Source: Blastocatellia bacterium (GTDB lineage Bacteria > Acidobacteriota > Blastocatellia > UBA7656). From it: a stretch of 64,000 bases of DNA. The notes beneath the pieces were generated by a model, which was not told the DNA's origin, made no database searches, and was given only the letters and a program-made list of their open reading frames with translations. Positions 47,002 to 57,435 of the stretch are shown in pieces (position 1 is the first letter of the stretch; every line of letters starts with the position of its first letter). The DNA lies in assembly GCA_035649735.1 (NCBI GenBank), contig DASRIZ010000454.1, positions 1,519 to 65,518 on the forward strand, read 5' to 3'. A program made the translations under genes and the position numbers.

Positions 47002-47636
47002 TGTGATTTAAGACAGTCGAGATCCCGAACGCGACGCTCGGTTTAGTCCCGGACTTTTTCGGTCGGTGTGCTGCAGCGGGGATTAGTGAAAGCTCTCCTC
47101 CGGGCTCTCGACCTAATCCCTCAACGGCCCCCTGTGACTGGTTGCGGCCAGTTTAGATAGCCGAGAGAGCCACAGTTGAAAGCGCTCTCCGCAATCTACT
47201 GCTTCGGGCAACCCTAGTTCCGAACCCGTAATTCGCCATTGTGGACCTCTCCCACAAAGGCTGCATCAAAGAACCTTTGATTAGTGTATTAATACTAAAG
47301 GGGGTTTGATACTGTCAGTTTTGACAGGTGCACAAACTGACAGGGAATCTTTTTGGCGCGAATCAGCGGAATCGGGTTGACACAAAGAGATTGAAGTCAT
47401 CACGGAGGCACAATCCTGAGTCTGGAGCGTCTAAAAATATATTTTGTTGCAAAGTTCTGTGCGCTGCTCGGCGAGAGGGAGTTGGCACTCTCGGACTGTA
47501 TCAAATACTCCAAAACAGCTTGATCGGGTTGGGGCGCACGCGTATATTCGCCTTGCGGGATCCATCGGTCTACGCGATCAGCCGCGACGACAGCGCCCAA
47601 AAAAAGGCGGTTGAACACTAGAGAGAGGAGAAAACC

Positions 47637-48254
47637 ATGAAAAAGCGTGTCTTTGCTATGTTCACGCTTGTGGTTGTGACGATTTCGACATACTCACAAG
47701 CAGCAGGTCAGTCGAAGTGCAACTTGACGGAAACCAATTCGCCAAGCGTCCGCGGCCTTCGGTTAGGCATGAGCACTCAGCAGCTATTGGCTTTGTTTCC
47801 GGGAAGCGCCGCAAGATGGGCGAAACAGCCAAAGGAGGTTAGGGAAGCCCGCGAGAAAGCAATGGCCCAAACAAATAGCGAACCTGCTTTCCTCGCTTTC
47901 GAACCAGCCGACGCCGCCAAGGACCGGTTCTCGGGTGTTGATTCAGTGTCGGTCGCCCTCTATAAGGACCGGGTAGTCGAATACACTCTCCAATACACCG
48001 GCACGGTTTGGACCAACATAGACGAGTGGATTGGAAGACTCTCTGAGACCTTAACGCTTCCTGGTTCCCGAGATTGGGAGGTCGGACCAAGCGAGAATCC
48101 GAACAAGGTCCTGAAGTGCTCGGGAGTTGAGATCGAGGCCGCGATACAGGGCGGAGGCTCATCCATAAGCATTAGAAACGTTCAGTATCCAAAAGGGCTG
48201 GGCGATCGATCGAACAGCGGCGCTGAACAGAAACGGCGCGAATTCAAGCCCTGA
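47637..48254 (+). CDS. Hypothetical secreted protein
   Basis: Signal peptide, GAGAGGAG RBS; no motif. Confidence 0.4.
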   Translation: MKKRVFAMFTLVVVTISTYSQAAGQSKCNLTETNSPSVRGLRLGMSTQQLLALFPGSAARWAKQPKEVREAREKAMAQTNSEPAFLAFEPADAAKDRFSGVDSVSVALYKDRVVEYTLQYTGTVWTNIDEWIGRLSETLTLPGSRDWEVGPSENPNKVLKCSGVEIEAAIQGGGSSISIRNVQYPKGLGDRSNSGAEQKRREFKP

Positions 48255-48269
48255 AAGAACAGTTATCAC

Positions 48270-49148
48270 CTAATTATTGTCTTTGTCCTTGAAGAGATTG
48301 ATGAATCCCTGCGTTCCCTGATCGCCTAATCCGTTCTCGACTGCTTCGGTGAACAACCGATACGCAAGCTCGGTCGCCGGGTACGAGCCACGCATATCCT
48401 TCAAGGCTTCGCACACCAGCCGCAGGTCTTTGTGCTGAAGCCTGATCCTGAACCCCGGTGCGAAATCGTTCTCGAGTATTCTCGGCGCGAGATTTGAAAG
48501 CATCCAGGACCCTGCTGCTCCACCGGAAACAACTTTGAGTGTCGTTTCCGGTTCGAGCCCGGCCTCGCGGGCAAAACGCAGGCCGTCAGCCATCGCGACG
48601 ATGTGCTGCGCGCATAGAATCTGATTGACGAGCTTTGTCTTTTGCCCGCTTCCACTTTGCCCGGCGTACACGATCGTCTTTCCCATCGCCTCAAAGATCG
48701 GAAGGCAACTGGTGAATGTCTCTGGGTTGCCTCCAACCATAATTGCCAGCGTGCCCTCGATCGCTCCCTTTTCACCACCGGTCACCGGGGCGTCGAGCAT
48801 CTCTACTCGTTTGTCTCTCAGGCGGGTCGCGAACCTTTCGGTCTCCGCGGGCGAAATCGAACTCATATCGATCACGATCTGGCCGGGCTTCAAACCAGCC
48901 GAGATGCCTTCGTCTCCAAACAGCACCGCTTCCACATCGGTAGTGTCTGATACGACGATGACAATCACATCGGAGCGCTCGGCCACCTCGCGCGGCGAGC
49001 TGACCGCAACCGCGCCCGCTTCAACAAGAGGACTGCACTTTGTTGCTGTGCGATTGAACACGGTGAGCGTAAAACCAGCGGTGATTAGATTCATGGCCAT
49101 GGGCTTTCCCATGATCCCCAAACCAATAAAGCCAATTTGCATACTCAT
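48270..49148 (-). CDS. NAD(P)-dependent 3-hydroxyisobutyrate/2-hydroxy-3-oxopropionate reductase family dehydrogenase
   Basis: N-terminal Rossmann MQIGFIGLGIMGKPMAMNL and 6-PGDH-like family blocks. Confidence 0.8.
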   Translation of the reverse strand: MSMQIGFIGLGIMGKPMAMNLITAGFTLTVFNRTATKCSPLVEAGAVAVSSPREVAERSDVIVIVVSDTTDVEAVLFGDEGISAGLKPGQIVIDMSSISPAETERFATRLRDKRVEMLDAPVTGGEKGAIEGTLAIMVGGNPETFTSCLPIFEAMGKTIVYAGQSGSGQKTKLVNQILCAQHIVAMADGLRFAREAGLEPETTLKVVSGGAAGSWMLSNLAPRILENDFAPGFRIRLQHKDLRLVCEALKDMRGSYPATELAYRLFTEAVENGLGDQGTQGFINLFKDKDNN

Positions 49149-49165
49149 CCTCCTGACTCTCTACC

Positions 49166-49248
49166 GGTGCCAGGCTTGGGATTTGCGATTAGATACGAGG
49201 GTCCAAAAAACGCGCGGTGATTGAATCGCAAATCGCAGGCCTGGCACC
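49166..49248. promoter_or_regulatory. 25-bp imperfect inverted repeat (2 mismatches) separated by 33 bp in divergent promoter region
   Basis: ggtgccaggcttgggatttgcgatt (49166-49190) vs aatcgcaaatcgcaggcctggcacc (49224-49248). Confidence 0.5.
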
Positions 49249-49334
49249 GCAACTACTCCTTGGTCCAACGTAAGCCGTGTGCCAATATGCTTGTCGAAAA
49301 GTAGCCAAATCGAACCTGGAAACACTCGGATCGG

Positions 49335-50327
49335 ATGACAGTCGACAAGATCGAGATATTACACGGAGCGCGCAAGGCTCCGATACCCAATTTCACCGCT
49401 CCCCAGCTTGCAACGCTTGTAAAAGAGCCGCCGGCCGGAGATGAGTGGTTACACGAGCTGAAGTTCGACGGGTATCGAATGCTGTGCCACATCGCTGGTG
49501 ACAAAGTCCGTTTCTGGAGCCGCAATGGAAAAGATTGGACCCACAAGTTTCCGAGTCTGACTAAGGCCGTGAAAACCCTCCCGGTCAAGAGCGCTGTCAT
49601 AGATGGCGAGGTTGTCATTTTTGAACGTGACGGGCGCCCCAGCTTTCAGAAGCTGCAACACGCACTAGGCAGCGGCAGCGGCGGCGGGTTCAGCTTTGTG
49701 ACCTTCGATTTGATTTATCTCGACGGGCTGGATCTTACCGGGGTTGCCCTCGAGGACAGAAAGCTTGCTCTCAAAGGGCTGTTCGATGCGAAAGCGGTAT
49801 CCGGACCATTACGTTACAGCGATCATGTCGAGGGAAACGGCGAGTTGTTCTACAGTCACGCGTGCAAAACCGGAATCGAGGGCATCGTCTCAAAGCTACG
49901 CACTTCTCGCTATGAGTCTGTGCGCAGCCGAAATTGGCTAAAGGTGAAATGCAACAGGCGACAAGAGTTTGTCATTGTCGGCTACATCCCGTCGAACAAA
50001 GGTCTGCCCGGGTTCGGCTCGCTGGTTCTCGGCGTCCATGAAACCGGTAGATTGGTGTACGCGGGCCGAGTGGGTACCGGCTTCACGATGAAGCAGCGGG
50101 TTGAAATACAGCAAAAGCTCGATAAACACTCGCGGGCGACTTCACCTTTGTCGGCCGTCCCAAACGACCCAGGTCTGCGCGAGGCCCATTGGGTTGAGCC
50201 AAAACTTGTTGCCGAAGTGAGTTTTATTGAATGGACTTCCGATGGAGCGATTCGACATCCATCATTTCAGGGGTTGCGTGAAGACATTACTCCGAAACAG
50301 GTCCGGCGAGAGGAGCCTCAAAAATGA
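49335..50327 (+). CDS. ATP-dependent DNA ligase, LigD ligase-domain type (stand-alone)
   Basis: Motif I KFDGYR (KxDGxR), adenylation and OB-fold blocks; ~330 aa without Pol/PE domains. Confidence 0.8.
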   Translation: MTVDKIEILHGARKAPIPNFTAPQLATLVKEPPAGDEWLHELKFDGYRMLCHIAGDKVRFWSRNGKDWTHKFPSLTKAVKTLPVKSAVIDGEVVIFERDGRPSFQKLQHALGSGSGGGFSFVTFDLIYLDGLDLTGVALEDRKLALKGLFDAKAVSGPLRYSDHVEGNGELFYSHACKTGIEGIVSKLRTSRYESVRSRNWLKVKCNRRQEFVIVGYIPSNKGLPGFGSLVLGVHETGRLVYAGRVGTGFTMKQRVEIQQKLDKHSRATSPLSAVPNDPGLREAHWVEPKLVAEVSFIEWTSDGAIRHPSFQGLREDITPKQVRREEPQK

Positions 50328-50350
50328 ACCTCACAATGCGTTGGTGTTCT

Positions 50351-51226
50351 TTAAGGGAATTTGAATTCCACAACAACCGGGAGGTGGTCTGAGGCATTTG
50401 ATGCGGCGACCAATGCGCTTACCGGCGCGACGCCCTTTCGCTTATTAACAAAAACATAGTCGATGCGCTTCTGTGGTTGGGTGCTCGAGAAACTCAAGCC
50501 TTCACCCTTACCGGCTCGGCTCCAGCAATCGATCAAAAATTCTTCCATCTTGCGGTGCATGGGACTGTCTGGGGTGTCGTTGAAGTCTCCGCATAAAATA
50601 AACGGCAGTCCCTTGTATTGACGTAGAACCTGTTCAATCTCGTCGACGTTGCTCAATCTCTCGGCATCATCGCGGCGATAGTCTAAATGCGTATTCAAAA
50701 ACACCAGGTGCTTGCCTTCCACCTGTAACACGACTTGCAAAAGTCCCCGTTGCTCGCCGTCACGGATCATCTTGTAATGACGATTCTCGTACTTCAATAC
50801 TCGGAAGCGAGACAGGACCGCATTGCCGTAGTCGCCTCCCTGGTAGTCGATATTCTTGCCAAAGGCAAAGTTCATTTTTGTCAGCTCGGCGAGTTCAGCG
50901 ACCAGGTCACGGCGCGCGGTACGTTCGACACCGCGGTCCACTTCCTGGAGCGCCACGATGTCCGCCTTGGAGCTCATGATGACTTCGGCGATGCGGTTTA
51001 GATCGATCTTGCCGTCGGTTCCTTCTCCGTGGTGGATGTTGTAGGTCATCACACGGATTGGCTGTTTGGGGATGACCGACGTTTTGCTGGTGCTAGGCGC
51101 CGCAAAGACTAGAGCCATTGCGGTACAAAGCAATAGCTTGATCAGCGAACTGGAACGCGCCGCTTGAATGCGGCATGTCTCAGAAGAACGGGCGATGCTA
51201 ACAGTCTGTAAGAATCGAAGTCGCAT
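50351..51226 (-). CDS. Secreted endonuclease/exonuclease/phosphatase (EEP) family protein
   Basis: Signal peptide; EEP blocks MTYNIHHGEG, ALQEVD, GDFND, SDHLPV. Confidence 0.75.
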   Translation of the reverse strand: MRLRFLQTVSIARSSETCRIQAARSSSLIKLLLCTAMALVFAAPSTSKTSVIPKQPIRVMTYNIHHGEGTDGKIDLNRIAEVIMSSKADIVALQEVDRGVERTARRDLVAELAELTKMNFAFGKNIDYQGGDYGNAVLSRFRVLKYENRHYKMIRDGEQRGLLQVVLQVEGKHLVFLNTHLDYRRDDAERLSNVDEIEQVLRQYKGLPFILCGDFNDTPDSPMHRKMEEFLIDCWSRAGKGEGLSFSSTQPQKRIDYVFVNKRKGVAPVSALVAASNASDHLPVVVEFKFP

Positions 51227-51410
51227 GAGTCCCGGTATTCTAGCATTGAACTCCGGGACGCCCGCTCCGTAAACCGCATAGCGGTTATCTTGTTGTGTTG
51301 TTGAAGACTGGTTAGCGAAATGTCATGAATGGCTGACTCTCAACGGCCAGAAGCTTTCTCGTGCCAATGCGGTGCGATAAAATAAGAAACAAATCCGGGG
51401 GAGACAATCT

Positions 51411-51686
51411 ATGTCCGAAGACTATGATAAGCGAGAGCATTCTACCAAGAAGGAAGTTGACGACTTGACCGACTATCAAAAACTCAACTCGTTGGACGGC
51501 GCCGGTGTCTTGGTGAATCCCGAGGAAGTCCCGCCGCTTAATGTCTCTGAAGAGGATGTTGATCAAACATCGGTTAAGCCAGGCCCTCTTGCCAATGCGC
51601 CCGATTCCGTTACTGTCTACGATAGCGATTACGATGATGGCGTCGATTTCAGTATCGTGGACGACGAAGGGAAAACCAACACCTGA
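51411..51686 (+). CDS. Hypothetical highly acidic small protein
   Basis: ORF with D/E-rich composition; GGAG-like RBS; no motif. Confidence 0.3.
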   Translation: MSEDYDKREHSTKKEVDDLTDYQKLNSLDGAGVLVNPEEVPPLNVSEEDVDQTSVKPGPLANAPDSVTVYDSDYDDGVDFSIVDDEGKTNT

Positions 51687-51718
51687 GATTAGTTCTGCGA
51701 AGGTTGTGACGCGAGGAG

Positions 51719-52372
51719 GTGCCATTGACGAATACCACGGCCACAGATACAAGACCCACGGATACCAAGGCCACGGATACTCGAACCCGTAAACACCGAG
51801 TTAGTCCCTTCCTGTGGATAATTGCCGGGACGCTTATTGCGGCGGCGTGCGCAGGTATTTTTGGACTCATCTGGTTAACTAACCGGTTTTCACTTCAGCC
51901 CAGCGTCACAACGGTGAACCACTCAGTCGTTGTCGAAAAAATCCAGAGAGTGGCAAAGCTGGTCTCGAGCGAAACCACTCTGAGAGATGTGATCATCTAC
52001 GAAGATACCTGGTACGGATCAACCAAACGGTCACTCGTGGTGGTAACCGGGAAGGTCCTCGCAGGGATAGATCTTGACGCCGGAAATTCAGTGCAGATCG
52101 ATGACAAGGCTAAAAAGATAACGATTACCTTACCTCAACCGAACATTCTCGGGATTGAGATCACCGAGATGAAAACATACGATGAGCAGCGCGGGCTTTG
52201 GAATCCTTTCAGTGCTGCCGACCGGGATATTTTGTTCCAACGGGCGCGAGAACAACTGGAAACAACAAGCCGCGACTTGAAGATAACCGAGACCGCCCAG
52301 CTGAGCGCACGCGAATTGTTAGAGGGTATGTTTACTTCAAACGGCTACTCGGTCGAAGTCGTGTATAAGTAA
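51719..52372 (+). CDS. DUF4230-like membrane-anchored protein
   Basis: N-terminal TM anchor then ~180-aa domain with pattern resembling DUF4230; GTG/TTG start after GAGGAGG. Confidence 0.4.
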   Translation: MPLTNTTATDTRPTDTKATDTRTRKHRVSPFLWIIAGTLIAAACAGIFGLIWLTNRFSLQPSVTTVNHSVVVEKIQRVAKLVSSETTLRDVIIYEDTWYGSTKRSLVVVTGKVLAGIDLDAGNSVQIDDKAKKITITLPQPNILGIEITEMKTYDEQRGLWNPFSAADRDILFQRAREQLETTSRDLKITETAQLSARELLEGMFTSNGYSVEVVYK

Positions 52373-52584
52373 GAACCGAACTCGCTCCCGCGCGAGATTG
52401 CGATCAACCCGATTGTGTCGTAACCTTGCGTTTCAGACCGCGAAAAATGGGCGGTGTCGCGGAAACGAGCATCGTCCATGACACCGCAAATCAACTGACA
52501 GTGTAATTCCTGAGTTCACCCGAGGGAACAAGAGATCCGCGGCGGGCGTCCAATCAACGCATTTTCTCGGGCAGAGGTGATCAC

Positions 52585-55500
52585 GTGAGGAGCGGCATTT
52601 CAACCGTGCTTGTTGGGCTTGTGCTCGCCGTCTCCAGTCTCGTCTTCGCCCAGGATCAGAAAAACCAAACCGTATCAATCGACTTCAACCGCGACATTCG
52701 ACCAATCCTGTCAGACACTTGTTTCGCCTGCCACGGTCCCGACGCTTCGCAACGAAAGGCCGGTCTCAGGTTCGATAACAAAGAAGGAACCTTCGCGAAA
52801 ACCGGCGTGGTAGTTCCCGGTAACTCCTTGAACAGCAGGCTGGTCAAACGCATTACCGCTACTGAACCTGAGTCGCGCATGCCGCCGGTGGGTTCCGGTC
52901 GCGCACTGACCGCCAAACAAATCGAGCTACTGCGACGCTGGATAGATGAAGGCGCGAAATGGGAGACACACTGGGCTTATTTGCCGCCAAAACGGCCGGA
53001 GCCTCCCGAGGTGGCCGACACCAACTGGCCCCGAAACCCGATTGATAGATTTATCCTTGCTCGTCTCGAGCGCGAGGGGCTGAAGCCGTCGCCACCGGCC
53101 GACAAGATTACTTTGCTTCGCCGCGCAAGTCTCGATCTGACGGGTTTGCCGCCCACTCCGGCGGAGATCGACTCGTTTGTCAAAGACACGTCCGCTGATG
53201 CTTACGAGAAGCGTGTTGATCGACTGCTCGGCTCTCCGCACTATGGTGAGCGGATGGCTATGGAATGGCTTGATCTTGCACGCTACGCCGACACCCACGG
53301 CTACCACATCGACAGCCATCGCGATATGTGGCGCTGGCGAGACTGGGTGATCAACGCATTCAATCGCAATATGCGGTTCGACCAATTCACGATCGAACAA
53401 CTGGCCGGCGATTTGTTGCCTGGCGCGACGGTCGAACAAAAAATAGCGTCGGGTTTTAACAGAAATCACATGATCAATTACGAGGGTGGAGCCATTCCTG
53501 AGGAGTATCAGGTTGAGTATGTGGTCGATCGCGTCGAGACAACGTCAAATGCGTGGATGGCTACAACCCTGGGCTGCGCCCGCTGTCATAGTCACAAATA
53601 CGACCCAATCACCCAGAAGGAGTTCTACCAGTTCTTCGCCTTCTTTAACACGGTATCCGAGGAGGGACTCGACGGCAGGACCGGGAACGCAAAGCCTTTT
53701 CTGCCGCTGCCATCGAATGAACAGAAGACTCAATTAGAAGAACTGACCTCCACAATAAAGGCCAGAGAAGAGACGCTGTCCGAAAAAGAAATCGCACCTC
53801 TGCAGGAGAAATGGGAGAAGTCCCTGGTCGGCAAGAAAGCGGTCTTCTCACGGGATGGTCTCACGGCTCACTACGAACTCGACGGCAACTTCTCGGATGT
53901 GTCGGGCGGGTATCGGCACGGGCGAACCGTAAGCGGCGATCCAACATTCGGCTCGGGATACGTTGGCAGGAGCGTAAACTTCGACGGCGATTCCCACGTA
54001 AGTTTCGGGAACGTCGGAGCCCTCGATCGCTCGAATCCTTTCAGCATCGCTTTTTGGCTACGCGGAAGCGGAAACACGCCAACCGCAGTATTGCAGAAGA
54101 TCGATAACCCGGAGACCCGGCGAGGCTACGAGTTTCTTCTCGATGATCACGAACTGATCGGTATTCAAAGACGCGCGGCGCATCTCTCGTTCAGGCTGAT
54201 TTCACATTGGCCGGATAGCGCTGTACAGATTAGAACAAAGACCCGGCTCACGCTTGGGGATTGGTATCATGTCGCGGTTTCCTATGACGGCTCCGGCAAG
54301 GCCGCCGGTTTGCGGCTGTACATAAACGGCAAGTCCCACCAGGCTGAAATTCAACAGGATAATCTTTCGGGTATCACCAAAACCGATGCCGAGTTGCAGA
54401 TCGGAAACAAGTTCTTAGGAAAACCGTTCAGAGGCGGAATCGATGATCTTCGATTGTATGAACGCGTATTGGACAACTCCGAGATCGAGCAGCTTGCGAT
54501 TCATCATCCGATCCAGACCATCTTGTCTGGAGTCTCCGGGAGAAGATCAAGAGACGAGACAGCGCGAGTCCGCGATTACTTCCTAACCTACGCTGCGTCG
54601 GATTCTGTGCAAAAGCTCTACGCTGAGCTAAAGAGTCTGCGGAAGAAAAAAGAAGCGCTCGACAAGGAGATCCCAACGGTAATGGTGATGTCGGAAATGG
54701 AGAAGCCGCGCGAGACTTTTATTCTCGGACGCGGGGACTACCGCAACAAGACCGACAAAGTAACACCGGGAGTTCCCGCCGTACTGACGGCGCTACCTGA
54801 AGGCGCACCCGCCAATCGGCTCGGTCTGGCCAGATGGCTCGTTTCACCATCACACCCCCTCACTGCGCGGGTGACAGTGAACCGCTACTGGCAGATGTAC
54901 TTCGGCACCGGTATCGTCAAGTCTTCTGAAAACTTCGGCGTGCAAGGCGATCCGCCTGTACATCCTGAACTACTGGATTGGCTCGCAACTGAGTTCATCC
55001 GAAACGGCTGGGATGTGAAGGCCCTGCAACGCTTGATCGTAACTTCGGCGACATATCGCCAGTCATCAAAAGTCAGTGCGCCTTTATTGGAGAAGGACCC
55101 CGAGAATCGGCTTCTGGCTCGGGGATCTCGATTACGTCTGCCGGCCGAGTTGGTGCGAGACAACGCCCTGGCGATAAGTGGCCTGTTGAACACCGAGATT
55201 GGCGGTCCGCCCGTTTTTCCCTATCAACCGAAAGGCCTCTGGGACGAGCTGGCGTTCGGCGACGGGTTCTCCGCGCAGACGTTTACCCCCAGCACCAATA
55301 AGGATCTCTACAGGCGGAGTATGTATACATTTTGGAAGCGCACCGTTCCGCCGCCGCAACTCACGACGTTCGACGCGCCTGATCGCGAGAAGTGCACGGC
55401 TCGTCGCCCGTTGACTAATACGCCGCTGCAGGCCCTGATATTGATGAACGACCCGACCTATCTCGAAGCCGCGCGACGGCTGGCACAGCGCGCGATGATT

Positions 55501-55767
55501 GAGGCTGGTAGAGACGTTGATAGCCGGATCGGTTTTGTTTTTCGAGCTGCGACCTCGCGCTCTCCGTCCCCCAAAGAGTTTCGCGTGCTCCGTAATCTGT
55601 TTCAGCAACAGATTGATCGCTACCGCCGCGACGCGAAGGCCGCAGTTGAGTTGCTTGGGGTGGGAGAGTCGAAACGGGATGCGCACCTCGATGCATCCGA
55701 GCTTGCGGCGTGGACGATTGTTTCGAGCACGATATTGAATTTGGACGAGACGATTACGAAGGAGTAG
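52585..55767 (+). CDS. PSCyt1-DUF1549-DUF1553 (PSD1) family protein with planctomycete-type cytochrome c domain
   Basis: Signal peptide; CFACHGP heme motif; conserved PSD1 architecture; partner DUF1501 gene follows. Confidence 0.8.
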   Translation: MRSGISTVLVGLVLAVSSLVFAQDQKNQTVSIDFNRDIRPILSDTCFACHGPDASQRKAGLRFDNKEGTFAKTGVVVPGNSLNSRLVKRITATEPESRMPPVGSGRALTAKQIELLRRWIDEGAKWETHWAYLPPKRPEPPEVADTNWPRNPIDRFILARLEREGLKPSPPADKITLLRRASLDLTGLPPTPAEIDSFVKDTSADAYEKRVDRLLGSPHYGERMAMEWLDLARYADTHGYHIDSHRDMWRWRDWVINAFNRNMRFDQFTIEQLAGDLLPGATVEQKIASGFNRNHMINYEGGAIPEEYQVEYVVDRVETTSNAWMATTLGCARCHSHKYDPITQKEFYQFFAFFNTVSEEGLDGRTGNAKPFLPLPSNEQKTQLEELTSTIKAREETLSEKEIAPLQEKWEKSLVGKKAVFSRDGLTAHYELDGNFSDVSGGYRHGRTVSGDPTFGSGYVGRSVNFDGDSHVSFGNVGALDRSNPFSIAFWLRGSGNTPTAVLQKIDNPETRRGYEFLLDDHELIGIQRRAAHLSFRLISHWPDSAVQIRTKTRLTLGDWYHVAVSYDGSGKAAGLRLYINGKSHQAEIQQDNLSGITKTDAELQIGNKFLGKPFRGGIDDLRLYERVLDNSEIEQLAIHHPIQTILSGVSGRRSRDETARVRDYFLTYAASDSVQKLYAELKSLRKKKEALDKEIPTVMVMSEMEKPRETFILGRGDYRNKTDKVTPGVPAVLTALPEGAPANRLGLARWLVSPSHPLTARVTVNRYWQMYFGTGIVKSSENFGVQGDPPVHPELLDWLATEFIRNGWDVKALQRLIVTSATYRQSSKVSAPLLEKDPENRLLARGSRLRLPAELVRDNALAISGLLNTEIGGPPVFPYQPKGLWDELAFGDGFSAQTFTPSTNKDLYRRSMYTFWKRTVPPPQLTTFDAPDREKCTARRPLTNTPLQALILMNDPTYLEAARRLAQRAMIEAGRDVDSRIGFVFRAATSRSPSPKEFRVLRNLFQQQIDRYRRDAKAAVELLGVGESKRDAHLDASELAAWTIVSSTILNLDETITKE

Positions 55768-55887
55768 CAGTTCTTAGCGTCTTGGCGGTCCTTTGCGTCT
55801 TTGCGCTGTACTGTCGCTTCGAATTGTTTGTTTAGCGCCTGACGCAAAGGACCGTCAAGACGCAAAGGACCGCTAAGACGCGAACTT

Positions 55888-57354
55888 ATGGACTTCAAGC
55901 GAGAGCTCGAACTCACACTGACGCGACGCCAGCTTTTTGGCCTTGCGAGCACCGGCATTGGTATCGCCGCGCTCGGTTCGCTAATGAAGCAAGCCGCATT
56001 TGCGGATACGCAGTCCGGCCGGGATCCGCGGAGTGGCGGACTCGTCGGTCTTCCGCACCTCGCTCCGAAGGCTAAGCGAGTTATTTTTCTGCATCAGTCC
56101 GGTGCGCCTTCGCAGATGGATCTGTTTGACTACAAACCGAAACTTCAGCGCTATCACTCTACGGAGCTACCCGACTCGGTTCGAATGGGTCAACGAATTA
56201 CCGGCATGACTTCGGGCCAGACCTCGTTCCCAGTCGTAAACTCGCTATTCAAGTTCAGCCAGCACGGACAGTCGGGCGCCTGGCTGAGTGAGCTGCTCCC
56301 TCATACCGCGAAGATCGTCGATGAAATCACAATCATCAGGAGCATGAATACCGAGGCCATCAACCACGACCCGGCGATCACTTTTATTCAGACCGGCAGT
56401 CAGCAACCGGGCCGGCCCAGCCTGGGATCTTGGGTGAGCTATGGTCTTGGCAGCGAGAACCAAAACCTCCCCTCGTTCGTCGTGTTGCTCTCAGTGGCCA
56501 ACGCCCTCAATACAGATCAGCCGCTTTTTTCGCGTTTGTGGGGACCCGGGTTTCTGCCTTCCAGCTATCAGGGCGTGCGGTTTCGCGGAAGCGGTGAGCC
56601 GGTACTGTATCTCGACAACCCGCCCGGCATTAAGAAGACCACGCGTCGTCAGATGCTGGACGCAGTCGTTAGCCTGAATAAAATCAAGTCAGAATCCTAC
56701 GGTGATCCCGAGATTGACACCCGTATCGCACAATACGAGATGGCCTATCGGATGCAGACATCGGTGCCCGACTTGATGGATCTATCTCGCGAGCCCGCTC
56801 ACGTGTTCGAGATGTACGGTCCGGATTCGCGCAAGCCCGGCACTTATGCTGCAAATTGTTTGCTCGCGAGGCGTCTCGCCGAACGCAACGTTCGATTCAT
56901 CCAGCTGTATCATCGCGGTTGGGACCAGCACAACGATCTGCCTCGCGACATTGCGTTGCAGTGCAAAGGGACGGATCAGGCTTCGGCGGCGTTGATACTC
57001 GACCTGAAGCAGCGCGGACTGCTCGACGACACGCTGGTAGTCTGGGGCGGAGAGTTCGGGCGCACCGTCTATTGCCAGGGCAAACTGACTGAAAACAACT
57101 ATGGCCGCGATCATCACCCTCGATGTTTTGCGATGTGGCTTGCTGGTGGCGGCATCAAGCGAGGACTGACGCTTGGCGAGACCGATGATTACTCGTATAA
57201 CGTCGTCTCGGACCCGGTCCACGTGCACGATTTGCAGGCGACGATTTTGCATTGTCTGGGCATCGATCACAAGCAGCTTACATTCAAGTTCCAGGGCAGG
57301 CACTTCAGACTCACAGACGTACACGGCGAAGTAGTCGCCAAGGTATTAGCCTGA
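55888..57354 (+). CDS. Tat-secreted DUF1501 (sulfatase-like) protein
   Basis: Twin-arginine [19 protein letters not shown]; DUF1501 blocks; canonical PSD1-DUF1501 pairing. Confidence 0.8.
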   Translation: MDFKRELELTLTRRQLFGLASTGIGIAALGSLMKQAAFADTQSGRDPRSGGLVGLPHLAPKAKRVIFLHQSGAPSQMDLFDYKPKLQRYHSTELPDSVRMGQRITGMTSGQTSFPVVNSLFKFSQHGQSGAWLSELLPHTAKIVDEITIIRSMNTEAINHDPAITFIQTGSQQPGRPSLGSWVSYGLGSENQNLPSFVVLLSVANALNTDQPLFSRLWGPGFLPSSYQGVRFRGSGEPVLYLDNPPGIKKTTRRQMLDAVVSLNKIKSESYGDPEIDTRIAQYEMAYRMQTSVPDLMDLSREPAHVFEMYGPDSRKPGTYAANCLLARRLAERNVRFIQLYHRGWDQHNDLPRDIALQCKGTDQASAALILDLKQRGLLDDTLVVWGGEFGRTVYCQGKLTENNYGRDHHPRCFAMWLAGGGIKRGLTLGETDDYSYNVVSDPVHVHDLQATILHCLGIDHKQLTFKFQGRHFRLTDVHGEVVAKVLA

Positions 57355-57435
57355 CCCCGAGCGTCAAGACTCGAAAGTCGCCAATGGTTCAATGAAACTA
57401 GGAACAATTCGCGGTACTAAACAAGGAATAACAAC

